Shown here: positions 45,848 through 55,808 of the stretch, one piece after another
How positions within the stretch are numbered: the stretch's first letter is position 1
Layout: each line of letters opens with the position of its first letter
Virus record (IMG/VR): IMGVR_UViG_3300027759_000046
Location: 186,001 to 250,000 of that record
Length of the DNA stretch: 64,000 nucleotides
Reading direction: 5' to 3' (one strand)
Notes under the pieces: generated by a model
Seen by the model: the letters and a program-made list of their open reading frames with translations, nothing else
What the model was told of the DNA's origin: nothing
Database searches by the model: none
Program-made: the position numbers and the translations under genes

Positions 45848-47782
45848 TTATTCTCTGTTGAACGAGGTTGCTGCTGCAGCATTAATATATGAAACCTGTT
45901 CATCTCTTACCTTATTACGTTTACGTAACTGGGTCTGCAGAGTTATATTGGCCTCTGTTAACGATGTCACCTGGGCACTAAGTGCTGCGATAAGCTCCTC
46001 GTTACCAGCAGCGGTTGCTGCATCTTCTCCAGCTGAAATTACGTCAGCATAATTCGCAGAAGAAGTCCATTTTCCAGTGTATAGGAGAGATTCTGTACCG
46101 TCTGCTTTTGAAATTAGAGTAATTGTAAATAGTGCATCAGTTGAGGCTAAAATCAATTTAGCTTGATCCTTAGGGACTCTAAATGCAATTTCTCCTAGAC
46201 TTGGGTTAGTTAGAGTATCATCTACTATTGTTGAAAAAGCGAACTCTGAACCTTCTCCGAAATTTAATCTAAATTCGCTATTATTGTTTAAGTTAACCTT
46301 TGTCTGATTTGTTGCTTTGCTTGGATCCGTTTGATACACCGTAAATTTAATAACATTATCAGTTGGATCAATTGGTAACGTCATTCTTCCTTGTCCATAA
46401 ATTACTTGATCAGTTGCATCGCCAGTTCGGTGAAGCGCATTTTTCTGGCTCAATTTGATTGAGGACTGTTTTATCGGTATGTACTCTGGGATCTTAACTT
46501 CAACCGTTTTAGTAATTACCTCAGTCGTAACTGGTGTTCCAGCATCAACTTGAGTAGATTTTGGAGCAAAGATACTGCCAGTCTCAAAGTTCTTTTGTAC
46601 AATTTTATTGTAGACTTTCATAGACTGTGGGCCTTCGGGTAGAGTAATCTTTGCAAGAGATTTACCGTACTTATTTGGATTGATCACGCTTAGTGAACCC
46701 GTTCTAATTATTTGGTCTCCGTTCTTTCTATTAATTAGACGTAGTGTATAGTCAATCGACATTGATACTGCAAAACCGGCTTCTTTTAGAATAGGTCGGT
46801 ATGTTAGAACTTGATCAAATGTGTTCTCTTGATAAACAATAATATTACCGGATGGAACTAGCTCTGAGCCAATTTGCTCGTATACTTCTAATTGATGAGT
46901 AAAGAACCAATCTTGATCTGGCCCACTATCATTTAGAGTATCGATTAAAGCGTCTGGGAAAGCACCGTTCCAGGTTGCAAAGAACTCTAAATAGTCTCCA
47001 TCTGTTGCTTCTTGTAAATGACAGCCTAACCCATCAAATTTATTGACTTGTGAAACTGATCCCTCGTAATAGTTAACTATTTGATAGCGATCGTAGGTTA
47101 CGTTATTTGGAGCATTGTATTCTTCGTAAGTTGCCTCAGCTAGGAAAACCGATAGAGGAGCTCCTTTAATAAATCCGATTCCACCAGTAATAGCCCATTC
47201 AAAAGATGCATCTCCGAATTGAGTAAAATCTTCGTCTAACCATGCAACTGATGGAATTTTAATATCTACGTATCTGTCATAGATCGTATTTGCTAAAAAT
47301 AATGGACGAGTGTTATATGTAAAAATTGATTGAGCAGTTGCTGCGTCTAGTAGGACATTGGCTAATTGCATTTGACCAAGATCGTTAAGCTTGTGCTTTA
47401 CTCCAATAATGATGTTCTCTACTTCTGTGAAATTAAAGCCTGACGCAAAATGGACCCTAACTGTGTCCATTACAACATTAGCGCTTAGACTCGATGATAA
47501 TTGCGTTTCAGTAATAAGCGGATCATATTGAGTATAGATTGGAATAAGGGTAATATCGTTGTAGATTGCTTTAGATCCACCAACTGAAATGACGCTTAGG
47601 TCTCTAGAATTATGAGTGATATCTGAATATCCGTCAGTATTATAGATTTGAAGAGTATTTACGTTTTTATTGTCAACTAAGAAATAGTCAGACGATAATA
47701 TTGACGGATTTGGATCGCCCAATGGGGTTGATCTATATTCTAGAACGCAATAATCTGATAGGTTTATGAAACTTGAATTCAT
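45848..47782 (-). CDS. putative structural protein
   Basis: 644-aa beta-rich ORF in the late gene block. Confidence 0.65.
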   Translation of the reverse strand: MNSSFINLSDYCVLEYRSTPLGDPNPSILSSDYFLVDNKNVNTLQIYNTDGYSDITHNSRDLSVISVGGSKAIYNDITLIPIYTQYDPLITETQLSSSLSANVVMDTVRVHFASGFNFTEVENIIIGVKHKLNDLGQMQLANVLLDAATAQSIFTYNTRPLFLANTIYDRYVDIKIPSVAWLDEDFTQFGDASFEWAITGGIGFIKGAPLSVFLAEATYEEYNAPNNVTYDRYQIVNYYEGSVSQVNKFDGLGCHLQEATDGDYLEFFATWNGAFPDALIDTLNDSGPDQDWFFTHQLEVYEQIGSELVPSGNIIVYQENTFDQVLTYRPILKEAGFAVSMSIDYTLRLINRKNGDQIIRTGSLSVINPNKYGKSLAKITLPEGPQSMKVYNKIVQKNFETGSIFAPKSTQVDAGTPVTTEVITKTVEVKIPEYIPIKQSSIKLSQKNALHRTGDATDQVIYGQGRMTLPIDPTDNVIKFTVYQTDPSKATNQTKVNLNNNSEFRLNFGEGSEFAFSTIVDDTLTNPSLGEIAFRVPKDQAKLILASTDALFTITLISKADGTESLLYTGKWTSSANYADVISAGEDAATAAGNEELIAALSAQVTSLTEANITLQTQLRKRNKVRDEQVSYINAAAATSFNRE

Positions 47783-47784
47783 TT

Positions 47785-48612
47785 TTATCTATTGTGTAAT
47801 TTGATAGTTAACCATCTAGGCGAGTAATATACGCCAACTCCAATCATTGGAGCTAGGATCACTGGATTTTGTAAAGTTGCACCGTATCCACCAAAGATAC
47901 TTAAACCTAAATATCCGCTAGGCTTTTTATTAAGCTGTTGCTCAATTTGAGTTATTCCGCTTAATTGTATTTTTGCAGGAAACGCTGTTTTTGTTGTAAT
48001 ATTTGCAATCTTAGTCTTAGGATCTCTTGCGATACCTAATTCAATTCCCATATTAACTGATGTTGTTAAATCTATTTTTCCAGCCTGGATTTTATTGTCT
48101 TTAAGCTTTGTAAAAACTGTTCCAGTTACTGAGTAATAATTTAGAGTATCATATTTTTTGAAAATATCAATTAGGACAGTTGAGTCATTTAGAATTTTGC
48201 TGCCGCCTTCTGTGCTAGTAGCTGATTTTAAATTAGCAAGTTCACGATCCTTAAATTTAATTTGTGTGTTTAAGTATGCAATAAGTTCGCCATTCTTGTT
48301 ATTATCGTGTACTAAGTCTTTAAATTTTGAATTTAATTCTCGATACTCTGATTTTAGCATGTCCTTATCTGCTGATAGAATCTTTATTTCAGATAAGTTA
48401 TTATTGTCACGATCTTTCCAATAGTGCATTGAATCTTTTAGGACTTCAACGTTACCTGATGTAATTTCAGCCTTTTGCTTAAGAGAGGCATTTTCTCTAG
48501 CCAAATCGTCTGCTTTGCTGCATTGTTTCAAAGAGAGCAAAATAAGCAGAATGATTATTGCTGCCATGATGTACTTTAAATTAGTATTAAGCACCGATAA
48601 TAGATTCTTCAT
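47785..48612 (-). CDS. membrane-anchored coiled-coil protein (spanin-like candidate)
   Basis: N-terminal TM plus QC, coiled coil, C-terminal beta strands (GYGATL...IGVGVYY). Confidence 0.55.
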   Translation of the reverse strand: MKNLLSVLNTNLKYIMAAIIILLILLSLKQCSKADDLARENASLKQKAEITSGNVEVLKDSMHYWKDRDNNNLSEIKILSADKDMLKSEYRELNSKFKDLVHDNNKNGELIAYLNTQIKFKDRELANLKSATSTEGGSKILNDSTVLIDIFKKYDTLNYYSVTGTVFTKLKDNKIQAGKIDLTTSVNMGIELGIARDPKTKIANITTKTAFPAKIQLSGITQIEQQLNKKPSGYLGLSIFGGYGATLQNPVILAPMIGVGVYYSPRWLTIKLHNR

Positions 48613-48832
48613 TTAGGTCTTGTAAAATTTTATAAAAGTCTGGAACCTGTCCAGTCTCAGTCTTTATTTTATCTATTAGGAGAGTCTCGTCTTCTCGTAT
48701 TTGAGCTAACTCCAACTCAACTTGATTTTTCTGAATGGTTAGCTGCTTAGTCTGTTCTTCCAATGATTCTAGTGATTTTCGTATTCTAGAATAATCAGAC
48801 ACAATTTTTCTTAATTCGTTTGTGTATTTCAT
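48587..48832 (-). CDS. small coiled-coil protein
   Basis: 81 aa with a heptad pattern. Confidence 0.65.
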   Translation of the reverse strand: MKYTNELRKIVSDYSRIRKSLESLEEQTKQLTIQKNQVELELAQIREDETLLIDKIKTETGQVPDFYKILQDLNEESIIGA

Positions 48833-48833
48833 A

Positions 48834-50852
48834 TTAAACTCTAATTTTAATTCCTTGGCCGACTAGGGCATCATATATTGCATGTAGATAATATTCAGAT
48901 AAGCCGGATCCAGCATTTGCTTCCTGATTTTTTGTTTCATCAGTATTTTTAGCAGGATCAGACTGGTTTGCGGTAGGATTAACTGAATTTGAATTATTTA
49001 CTGTGCTTAAATTTGAATTATTTACTGTGCTAGACTCTGCAGTTTTAATATTTGAAACTGCTTTATTAATTTCGGTTGCGGTACTTGCAGAAGTTTGAAT
49101 GATTGTTTTTCCGAGTTGAGCAACTGCCGCTTCCGTTTTATTGGGAGGGTTAATGATATTGTTTGCCTGATCTCCCTTAAGTAAAGTTTTTGATTCGGTT
49201 TTTACTAGATCAGCAGTCGGTGATTTCGTCTCAGTTTTAGTTGGCTGATCTGCAGAGTCGTCTTTATCAATTTCAGGAGATTCAGCTGTATCAGTTTTGC
49301 CAGCAACAACGTCTGACGGCTTTCCAATAGTGACAGTAGATTCCTTTTTCTTGAGTTCAGCCTCTTCTAGTATTCTCTTGCTCTTCTCAAGCTTCTCTTC
49401 CCTAGTCTTGGTCTTCTTCTCCTCAGTCTCCATCTTAAATTTTCTACGTTCTCCATTGAGAACCGCAATAATATCAGGTAAAGTTCCAGGATCTTTAGCA
49501 AAGGCTTGAGCCATTTGAACCTGTTTGGCCTCATCAAGTTTAAGAAGTTCGGTTCTATATTTTAAACTTTCTTTCCAGTTTGCACCCTGTAGACTTATGT
49601 ACAGTTGGCTTCTAGCAGCCTCATTTGATAATGGTTTAACGCTAGCAGCAGACAACACGTCTGAGCCAGTCGATGGCTGTATAGAATTATTGACTGTGGT
49701 ATTTTGAACAGACGACTGATTTGTTACGTTCTGCGCAATTTGATCACCAACTTGGGTATTTGAGGTTTGATTCGTTTGATTTTCAACCTTAGGGGCTACA
49801 GGTTTGTCAGAAGTACTTTGGTTTTCTGGAAGTTTAGGTTGGTTCGTTTGAGTAGTAACCGCAACTTCTGGAGAAGTTTCCTCAACTTGAGCCTCAGCGA
49901 TTCCTTCTGTGTTTAAGCCGGTATTTTTAACAGTAGGTTCAGATGAACTGGCCGGTGCAGCTTTTGCTGATTGAGTAGACAATACGTTACCAGGAGTCGG
50001 TTGAGCGGGCGCACCGGATTTCTCAACGAGACTTAGTAAAGTTTGACTAGGTTTAAGTTCAGAATATGCAGCGGACTCAAATATAAAGCGGTTTTCAAAT
50101 TCAATAATAAATTCGATAACCGGAAAGTTATTTGCTTTTAGCGCAGAATTGTCAACTCCTTTTTTAGAAGTAGTCCCCTGTTCCATTAATACTTTAATGT
50201 GATTTACAACAGACTTATCTGCGATTAATTTTTTAACCTTTGCTACGGTTGCCCCATTCTTTGAATATAAGGGCTCTCCTTTATAGAAGTCAAGTAACCA
50301 ACCTGTTACCTGATTATACATTGAATTAAAGTGATCAGTTAAAACTGAATCATCTAGTTTGACTGTTGAATTATTAACTGATTGCCATTTTACATGGGAA
50401 TTTATTGCTAGCGAGTATATGGATTTGACAATAATTGGTGAATCTTCCAATAAATGAAATAGATCTTCTCTAAGCTTATTGAACAGGTCAACTGAATCTA
50501 TGCTGGATCCACCTTGTATAAACTTGAATGAAGGATTTCCAGCAAGAACGTTAAAGTAGCTTCTAACACTTTTTGAGTCTGACGCAGTTAACACGCTAGT
50601 GGGAGGTATGTCTTTCCATTTTGAAGTTGCATACCAAAAACCTCCTTGAGTTTTGTTAAAGTACGCATGTACAAGTTTAATCCACTGCTCTCTATGTTCA
50701 GGAGTCGATCCAAGGTAGGGAAAAATTAATTGTTCTAGGTCTTCATAGGCCTTGTCATACGCTTCTGCTCCAGCTGAGTAATCTTTATTTAGCTTAGCGG
50801 TAGCATCTCGGTATGCAGTAAGAAAGGCTGGTCTAATTATGTAATCTGCCAA
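48834..50852 (-). CDS. large low-complexity protein (tail/baseplate associated?)
   Basis: 672 aa; S/T/N/Q-rich; AATAAATA at 50872(-). Confidence 0.6.
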   Translation of the reverse strand: MADYIIRPAFLTAYRDATAKLNKDYSAGAEAYDKAYEDLEQLIFPYLGSTPEHREQWIKLVHAYFNKTQGGFWYATSKWKDIPPTSVLTASDSKSVRSYFNVLAGNPSFKFIQGGSSIDSVDLFNKLREDLFHLLEDSPIIVKSIYSLAINSHVKWQSVNNSTVKLDDSVLTDHFNSMYNQVTGWLLDFYKGEPLYSKNGATVAKVKKLIADKSVVNHIKVLMEQGTTSKKGVDNSALKANNFPVIEFIIEFENRFIFESAAYSELKPSQTLLSLVEKSGAPAQPTPGNVLSTQSAKAAPASSSEPTVKNTGLNTEGIAEAQVEETSPEVAVTTQTNQPKLPENQSTSDKPVAPKVENQTNQTSNTQVGDQIAQNVTNQSSVQNTTVNNSIQPSTGSDVLSAASVKPLSNEAARSQLYISLQGANWKESLKYRTELLKLDEAKQVQMAQAFAKDPGTLPDIIAVLNGERRKFKMETEEKKTKTREEKLEKSKRILEEAELKKKESTVTIGKPSDVVAGKTDTAESPEIDKDDSADQPTKTETKSPTADLVKTESKTLLKGDQANNIINPPNKTEAAVAQLGKTIIQTSASTATEINKAVSNIKTAESSTVNNSNLSTVNNSNSVNPTANQSDPAKNTDETKNQEANAGSGLSEYYLHAIYDALVGQGIKIRV

Positions 50853-50895
50853 TTGTCTCGACTATTTTTGTTATTTATTAAGACCCACAACAAGG

Positions 50896-51072
50896 CTATT
50901 GATTTGCATCTCCTGGATCCAACTCGAATTTCTCGTTATTTGTTGACCCAGAATCCTTGATTAAGAAATCTAAATATTGGCAGTATTCGTAATACGGCAA
51001 TTCATATAACGTATTAAATGATTGGTTAAGCTTCACGGCAAGAATTCGGTTAATCTCAAATAAGTTCGTCAA
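50896..51072 (-). CDS. small baseplate hub assembly protein (T4-like gp51-type)
   Basis: TTG at 51072: LTNLFEINRILAVKLNQSFNTLYELPYYEY; follows the gp26-like gene. Confidence 0.55.
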   Translation of the reverse strand: MTNLFEINRILAVKLNQSFNTLYELPYYEYCQYLDFLIKDSGSTNNEKFELDPGDANQ

Positions 51073-52060
51073 GTCCGCCTGAAATAAGGAAAAGATCTTT
51101 GACCGTGAAGCCGGACTGCGAAAAAAGAGGCGTTGAGACCTTGTTTCCGCACTTAGGGCATTGAGTATTAACCATTGATGATCGAGCATCCTCTATCATC
51201 TCTGTGAATTTCTTAATGAATGTGAATTTATTGATATGCCAAGCAAATGATTCTCGACTTAGATCGTTATACCGCTGTAAGTTTAAAGCTTGCCAATCTT
51301 GAACAATATAAGGAGCAACTCCAATAAATGCTTTATCTGGTGATTTGCCTGATTTCCTAGAATCTGAAATTCTTGCACGAAGTCTTTCAATTGTTCCGAT
51401 AGTCGGCATATACAAGTAGAAAGTCTCTTTTAGTTTTTCTGATTTAATTTCAAAGCATTTGTATTCTGGAGAATAGTACTTCATTACCTCTGCTGGTAAT
51501 TCAATAAAGTTTAGCATGTTACTCTTGATTCTGACATCATCTATCCATCTGGTATCTGCTTCGCAACCTGTCGTACATTCAAATTTGACAAATAATGAAT
51601 TTTGATCTGCTGGAAAAGTTAATTCCTGAATCATGAAGATTAATGCAAGGCGATCTAATTCAGAAATATCTCTCCAAGACAACCACGATCTGCCTCCTTT
51701 AATTTTAAAACGGCAACACTTTTCAATAATGTAATTTAACTTATCATCAATGTCTAGCATATCGCCATCATCAATTGTTGACCACTGTCTAATTTCAGAA
51801 ACGGTTGCGGCTTTAATTGTGATCTCAGCATCTTCTGGATAAAATAGTCCTTGGGATGGAAGGTTCTCTAGCGGAACGTTTTTCCAAAAAAGATCATTAG
51901 GTCCTCCAATTGTTGATTCGAGCATTGGAGTTAGGGCTTTGCCTAGAGAGATTGGTTTCTCTTCGGTTGTAGGCGGAACGTCGGTGTTTAATCCGTAGGC
52001 TTTATCCTGCTCTTCTAAGAAGTCAGCAGCTTCATCTAGGACTTTATCCTTCTCTATCAT
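51056..52060 (-). CDS. baseplate hub subunit / tail assembly chaperone (gp26-like)
   Basis: LPSQGLFYP, DRLALIFMIQELTF, MPTIG, CPKCG near the C-terminus. Confidence 0.65.
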   Translation of the reverse strand: MIEKDKVLDEAADFLEEQDKAYGLNTDVPPTTEEKPISLGKALTPMLESTIGGPNDLFWKNVPLENLPSQGLFYPEDAEITIKAATVSEIRQWSTIDDGDMLDIDDKLNYIIEKCCRFKIKGGRSWLSWRDISELDRLALIFMIQELTFPADQNSLFVKFECTTGCEADTRWIDDVRIKSNMLNFIELPAEVMKYYSPEYKCFEIKSEKLKETFYLYMPTIGTIERLRARISDSRKSGKSPDKAFIGVAPYIVQDWQALNLQRYNDLSRESFAWHINKFTFIKKFTEMIEDARSSMVNTQCPKCGNKVSTPLFSQSGFTVKDLFLISGGLDELI

Positions 52061-52082
52061 TTTTACTAAAGTGTTTAGTTAA

Positions 52083-52535
52083 TTATATCACGAACTCTAG
52101 GAAGGTTTTCGCTAGATGTGACTTGGACTCGTTTAGGCGATTTAGAGTTTCAGGATAGACTTCAATAGTCTTTAGAGTTTTAGGATCTCTAATGAATGCT
52201 CTAATTGTTTTAGTTTGCTTATCGATCTTTAGGGATTCGAAATTGCCTATTACGACTTGTGGATTTTTATCCTTGGTAGCAAAAGTTGAATTTACCTTTA
52301 CTCCGCTTATTCTTGAACCCTTCTTAAATTGACGATTCATGGCTTTTATCTCTTCTTCAAATTCGTCAATTTCAACCTGAGCAGGTCTAGAAAGATCAGA
52401 TAGAGGCAACAGCTTTATTGCAATACCATTACTAAACGGCGATTTAGACGCAACGAAATTAAAGTCAGCCTTTCCGTAAAAAGGTAGACCTTGCATTGCC
52501 TGCTGTCTTTGGCCGAATGTTAGTACTGGTGTCAT
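52083..52535 (-). CDS. hypothetical protein
   Basis: 150 aa; ends LNESKSHLAKTFLEFVI, a leader-like motif at the C-terminus. Confidence 0.7.
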   Translation of the reverse strand: MTPVLTFGQRQQAMQGLPFYGKADFNFVASKSPFSNGIAIKLLPLSDLSRPAQVEIDEFEEEIKAMNRQFKKGSRISGVKVNSTFATKDKNPQVVIGNFESLKIDKQTKTIRAFIRDPKTLKTIEVYPETLNRLNESKSHLAKTFLEFVI

Positions 52536-52536
52536 A

Positions 52537-52854
52537 TTAAACTACGCCTGGAGTATTTGTTGTGCCCAATAAGGTAACGTTTCCAGATACTGATATTTTT
52601 GCAATTCTTGCGTAAAATGTTGAACCTTTAAGTAGGTGAACTGTTACTCCTGCTCCTGAGGTTCCTTGATCAACTGACCAAATGGTAACGTCTTGTGCGG
52701 TAGTTGGATTGTGAACTCCAAAATAGTTTGGCGTCCAAGTTCCAATTGAGCCAGTCGCTGACCCGAAACCTGACCCGTCTGTGAATGTTGGCGTGTAGTT
52801 GTTTGCATTATCACTACTCGTGTGAGTTCTTAAATATCTTGCGATTGGTGTCAT
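52537..52854 (-). CDS. putative structural protein
   Basis: 105 aa, T/G-rich beta protein. Confidence 0.65.
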   Translation of the reverse strand: MTPIARYLRTHTSSDNANNYTPTFTDGSGFGSATGSIGTWTPNYFGVHNPTTAQDVTIWSVDQGTSGAGVTVHLLKGSTFYARIAKISVSGNVTLLGTTNTPGVV

Positions 52855-52868
52855 TCTATTTTATATTT

Positions 52869-53549
52869 TTAACAAGCGCAATCGCTTGGGTCATTATTAC
52901 TTTTTGTGTAGATAATCATACCTGTAACTTTAATACTGAAGTTAGCATTTGGATTGGTTATCTCTATCTTATTTATTAGACTGTTGGCATCCCTAGTTTC
53001 AGGGTTTGCGAAATGAGCAAAAAATTGGTGTAGAGGAACTTCAAATTCTTCGTTTACTCTGTTTGTGAACTTGAGTTTACACTCATGATCAGCAGGTAGA
53101 GTATCGTCTCCGAGTTTATCTTTGATTGGATACTTTACATATAAGATACAACCTCTAACGTAATTCTTGTCATTTTGAATAACGTGATACAACGGTGAGC
53201 TTGATGGGTCTGCGGAGTCTGATGGAATATACTCTAGTCCTTCCCCTAATGGATAATTAGATGGAGTGCCAGATGGCCCGAATGATGGAATTGAATCAGT
53301 TGCATTATCGTACACGACTAAAGTTTCTTCTCCGCAAACTTCAAAATCTATCGAGAGACTGCTGTCTACTGGATAGATGAAATTTTCTAGTTCGCAAAAA
53401 CTTGCCTCTTTTTTTGATCCATTAAAGATACTAAAGCATCTGTCAAGAAGCTTAAGAGCCTTTTTAGTTGGATCACCTGCGCATAAGTTCGCAAAAGCAT
53501 CGCTAACTCTTCTAGCTAGTGGATCATCATTATATTTAATGTACGACAT
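52869..53549 (-). CDS. hypothetical protein
   Basis: 226-aa ORF in the late block. Confidence 0.7.
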   Translation of the reverse strand: MSYIKYNDDPLARRVSDAFANLCAGDPTKKALKLLDRCFSIFNGSKKEASFCELENFIYPVDSSLSIDFEVCGEETLVVYDNATDSIPSFGPSGTPSNYPLGEGLEYIPSDSADPSSSPLYHVIQNDKNYVRGCILYVKYPIKDKLGDDTLPADHECKLKFTNRVNEEFEVPLHQFFAHFANPETRDANSLINKIEITNPNANFSIKVTGMIIYTKSNNDPSDCAC

Positions 53550-53565
53550 TCATGATAGACTTTTT

Positions 53566-54342
53566 TTATGGATCGAAAGGTTTCTTTAATCCTGAGGCGC
53601 CGGCTATTGGCATTCCTCTTGCTATTAATTCGTCAATTGATCTAGATCTATCTATTCGAGTGCCGGCTTTAGTTGTTGGCGTTTCAGCAGGTTGAGTAAC
53701 GTCCAATACGATATCAAGAGCTTCGGGTTCAGAAGCCGGCTGAGGCTCTTCTACTGCCTGCTCAGGTTCTTCGTATTGATTAAATAGTTCTTGCATTGAA
53801 TCAAACTCCTCAGAAATACCACCATCATCGATAATTACATCGATTCCTGGCTCAATTGCCTGAGTAACAGCATCTGTGATCTGATCATTTACTCCAACTT
53901 TTACAGCATCTTCTGGTTTAATATAGTCGACTAGTGATTTAATAAAGCCTAGCGCAACAATTGGTAGAATCGCTCCACTTACAATTGACAGTACTCTTTT
54001 TTGATAAATTAACTCTTCGTCAACTAGCCCAAATAATTCGATCCAACCTTGAAAATTTTGTAGGTGAGTGAATGCATAATAGGTATTACCCATGGCTTGC
54101 ATTGCAGTTAAGATAATGAAAAGGCCCCAAACGATTCCTTTATTCATTTTCTCAAGAGTTATTAATGAAGCAAGGGATGCTGCTGCTCCCACTTCAAATG
54201 CAATTGCTAAACTTATGGCTAACCACCTTGGGTTGGACAGCTCAAAGAATTCAATTACGTGAATCGTTGAAATTACTGAAACCAGTAAATAAAGTGTAAC
54301 AAAGGTACCGATTATAAAATAGCCAGTTGTCTTCTTTCCCAT
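53566..54342 (-). CDS. multi-pass membrane protein
   Basis: About four hydrophobic helices followed by an acidic tail. Confidence 0.75.
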   Translation of the reverse strand: MGKKTTGYFIIGTFVTLYLLVSVISTIHVIEFFELSNPRWLAISLAIAFEVGAAASLASLITLEKMNKGIVWGLFIILTAMQAMGNTYYAFTHLQNFQGWIELFGLVDEELIYQKRVLSIVSGAILPIVALGFIKSLVDYIKPEDAVKVGVNDQITDAVTQAIEPGIDVIIDDGGISEEFDSMQELFNQYEEPEQAVEEPQPASEPEALDIVLDVTQPAETPTTKAGTRIDRSRSIDELIARGMPIAGASGLKKPFDP

Positions 54343-54635
54343 TATTTACCTGATTCTAATTTTTTGATCTCGTTATCAATTTCGGTTTGACGATTAACAT
54401 CTAGGATTTTACGATCAGTTGATTGAATCATGCGCTTTTCAGCTTTCAGACCTTCGATCTCCAAATACTTGTTAAGCTCTTTGCTTGTGCACATAGAGTC
54501 AAGTTGAGTATTTGTGATTTTCTCCTGTTTTTCAATTTTTGAAATTCGACTTGAGTTACCACATTGCTGTACAAAAATTACTAGAAGTAAACCTAGTACA
54601 ATTTTATTAAAGTGTTTGTTTACAAAATTCATCAT
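54342..54635 (-). CDS. membrane-anchored/lipoprotein-like protein
   Basis: IVLGLLLVIFVQQCG; AATAAATA at 54655(-). Confidence 0.7.
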   Translation of the reverse strand: MMNFVNKHFNKIVLGLLLVIFVQQCGNSSRISKIEKQEKITNTQLDSMCTSKELNKYLEIEGLKAEKRMIQSTDRKILDVNRQTEIDNEIKKLESGK

Positions 54636-54661
54636 TTTAAAACGTCTTTTTAGTTATTTAT

Positions 54662-55168
54662 TTATTTTCGGTGCAATAAGTTGTCAATTACCGTAGCAAT
54701 TGCCTGATAATTAAGTGCTCCCTGTACGATCCAGTAGATTAAAAACGTGGCAATTGCTGCCCATGTGATAACGTACACAGAGTCTAGCCAATTAGAGATC
54801 TTACGATATTTGATTTGAATAAGATATGCGTAATATTCTTCGGTTTTTATACGGTCAGTCTGAGCTTCGATTAATTCAGCAAGGCCAGCTGTCTCAAATG
54901 TGCTCTTCTTAAAAGAAATTGACTCGAGCACTCGGCTCTTTTCAAGCTCGAGAGTTTCCATTCCCATCATTAGGGTCTCAGGCTCAAGATTTAAAACATA
55001 ATATGCACGATGGCGCATGTCTAATCGCATACCGAGCTGTTTAAGAGAACCGTTTTTCTCCAGAGTCTTCATTGTTTTTCGATAGAAATTACGATTTGCA
55101 ATGTTTTTAACAATTTGCATAAACGTTTCGTAGAACGTTTTCGGATTAAGTAAGTTAAGTAGTCCCAT
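54662..55168 (-). CDS. hypothetical protein with C-terminal TM
   Basis: RAYYVLNLEPE; hydrophobic C-terminal segment. Confidence 0.7.
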   Translation of the reverse strand: MGLLNLLNPKTFYETFMQIVKNIANRNFYRKTMKTLEKNGSLKQLGMRLDMRHRAYYVLNLEPETLMMGMETLELEKSRVLESISFKKSTFETAGLAELIEAQTDRIKTEEYYAYLIQIKYRKISNWLDSVYVITWAAIATFLIYWIVQGALNYQAIATVIDNLLHRK

Positions 55169-55170
55169 AA

Positions 55171-55797
55171 TTAAAAATATTGTTCTAAGTTATCTCGCAT
55201 TTGAGGATTTTTTTCAAGAACTCTGTCTTTTACCATTTTACGAGCCTTTCTGATTTTGGTTTTAACGGTATTCAGGTTCATGCTGTACTTTTCAGCAATT
55301 TCGTTACCTTTCATTAAATGAATCTCCTTGTCTATTAGAATTGACTTTTCAATACAGTCAGGCAGAGCGGCCATTTCCATTTGGGTCATGTTGTACAGTG
55401 AATCTAGGTAAATCTCTTTATCGAAATTGAAAGCTGAATCATCTTCAATTGCTGGAGGCGAAAGCATATTATCTAAACGAACGGCCCATTGCTTTTGCAA
55501 TTTGTGTTTATGCAATAGAGATTCGTTCTTTGCGATTGTATAGATCCAAGTTGTGAATCTGAAATTATCGTTATACGAAGCCAATCCTTTAAATATTTTA
55601 AAGAGAGTATTATGTAGAACCTCTTCGGTTTCGTCCGGGTCATTAAAAAATTTCCAGATGAAATATTTTAATTTTGGATACATAATAGAGGCTAGTCTAT
55701 TTCTATCTCTTTCGGTGTACTCGCCGGCTTTAATTTTTTCGGCAAGTGATTGCATCTCATCGTTGAGCTGTTTGTTAATTAAGTCGTATGACGTCAT
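55171..55797 (-). CDS. RNA polymerase sigma factor, ECF-type sigma70
   Basis: Region 2 EEVLHNTLFKIF..L.SY...FRFTTWIYTIAKN; region 4 EIAEKYSMNLNTVKTKIRKAR. Confidence 0.88.
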   Translation of the reverse strand: MTSYDLINKQLNDEMQSLAEKIKAGEYTERDRNRLASIMYPKLKYFIWKFFNDPDETEEVLHNTLFKIFKGLASYNDNFRFTTWIYTIAKNESLLHKHKLQKQWAVRLDNMLSPPAIEDDSAFNFDKEIYLDSLYNMTQMEMAALPDCIEKSILIDKEIHLMKGNEIAEKYSMNLNTVKTKIRKARKMVKDRVLEKNPQMRDNLEQYF

Positions 55798-55808
55798 GTA
55801 GTTATTTT

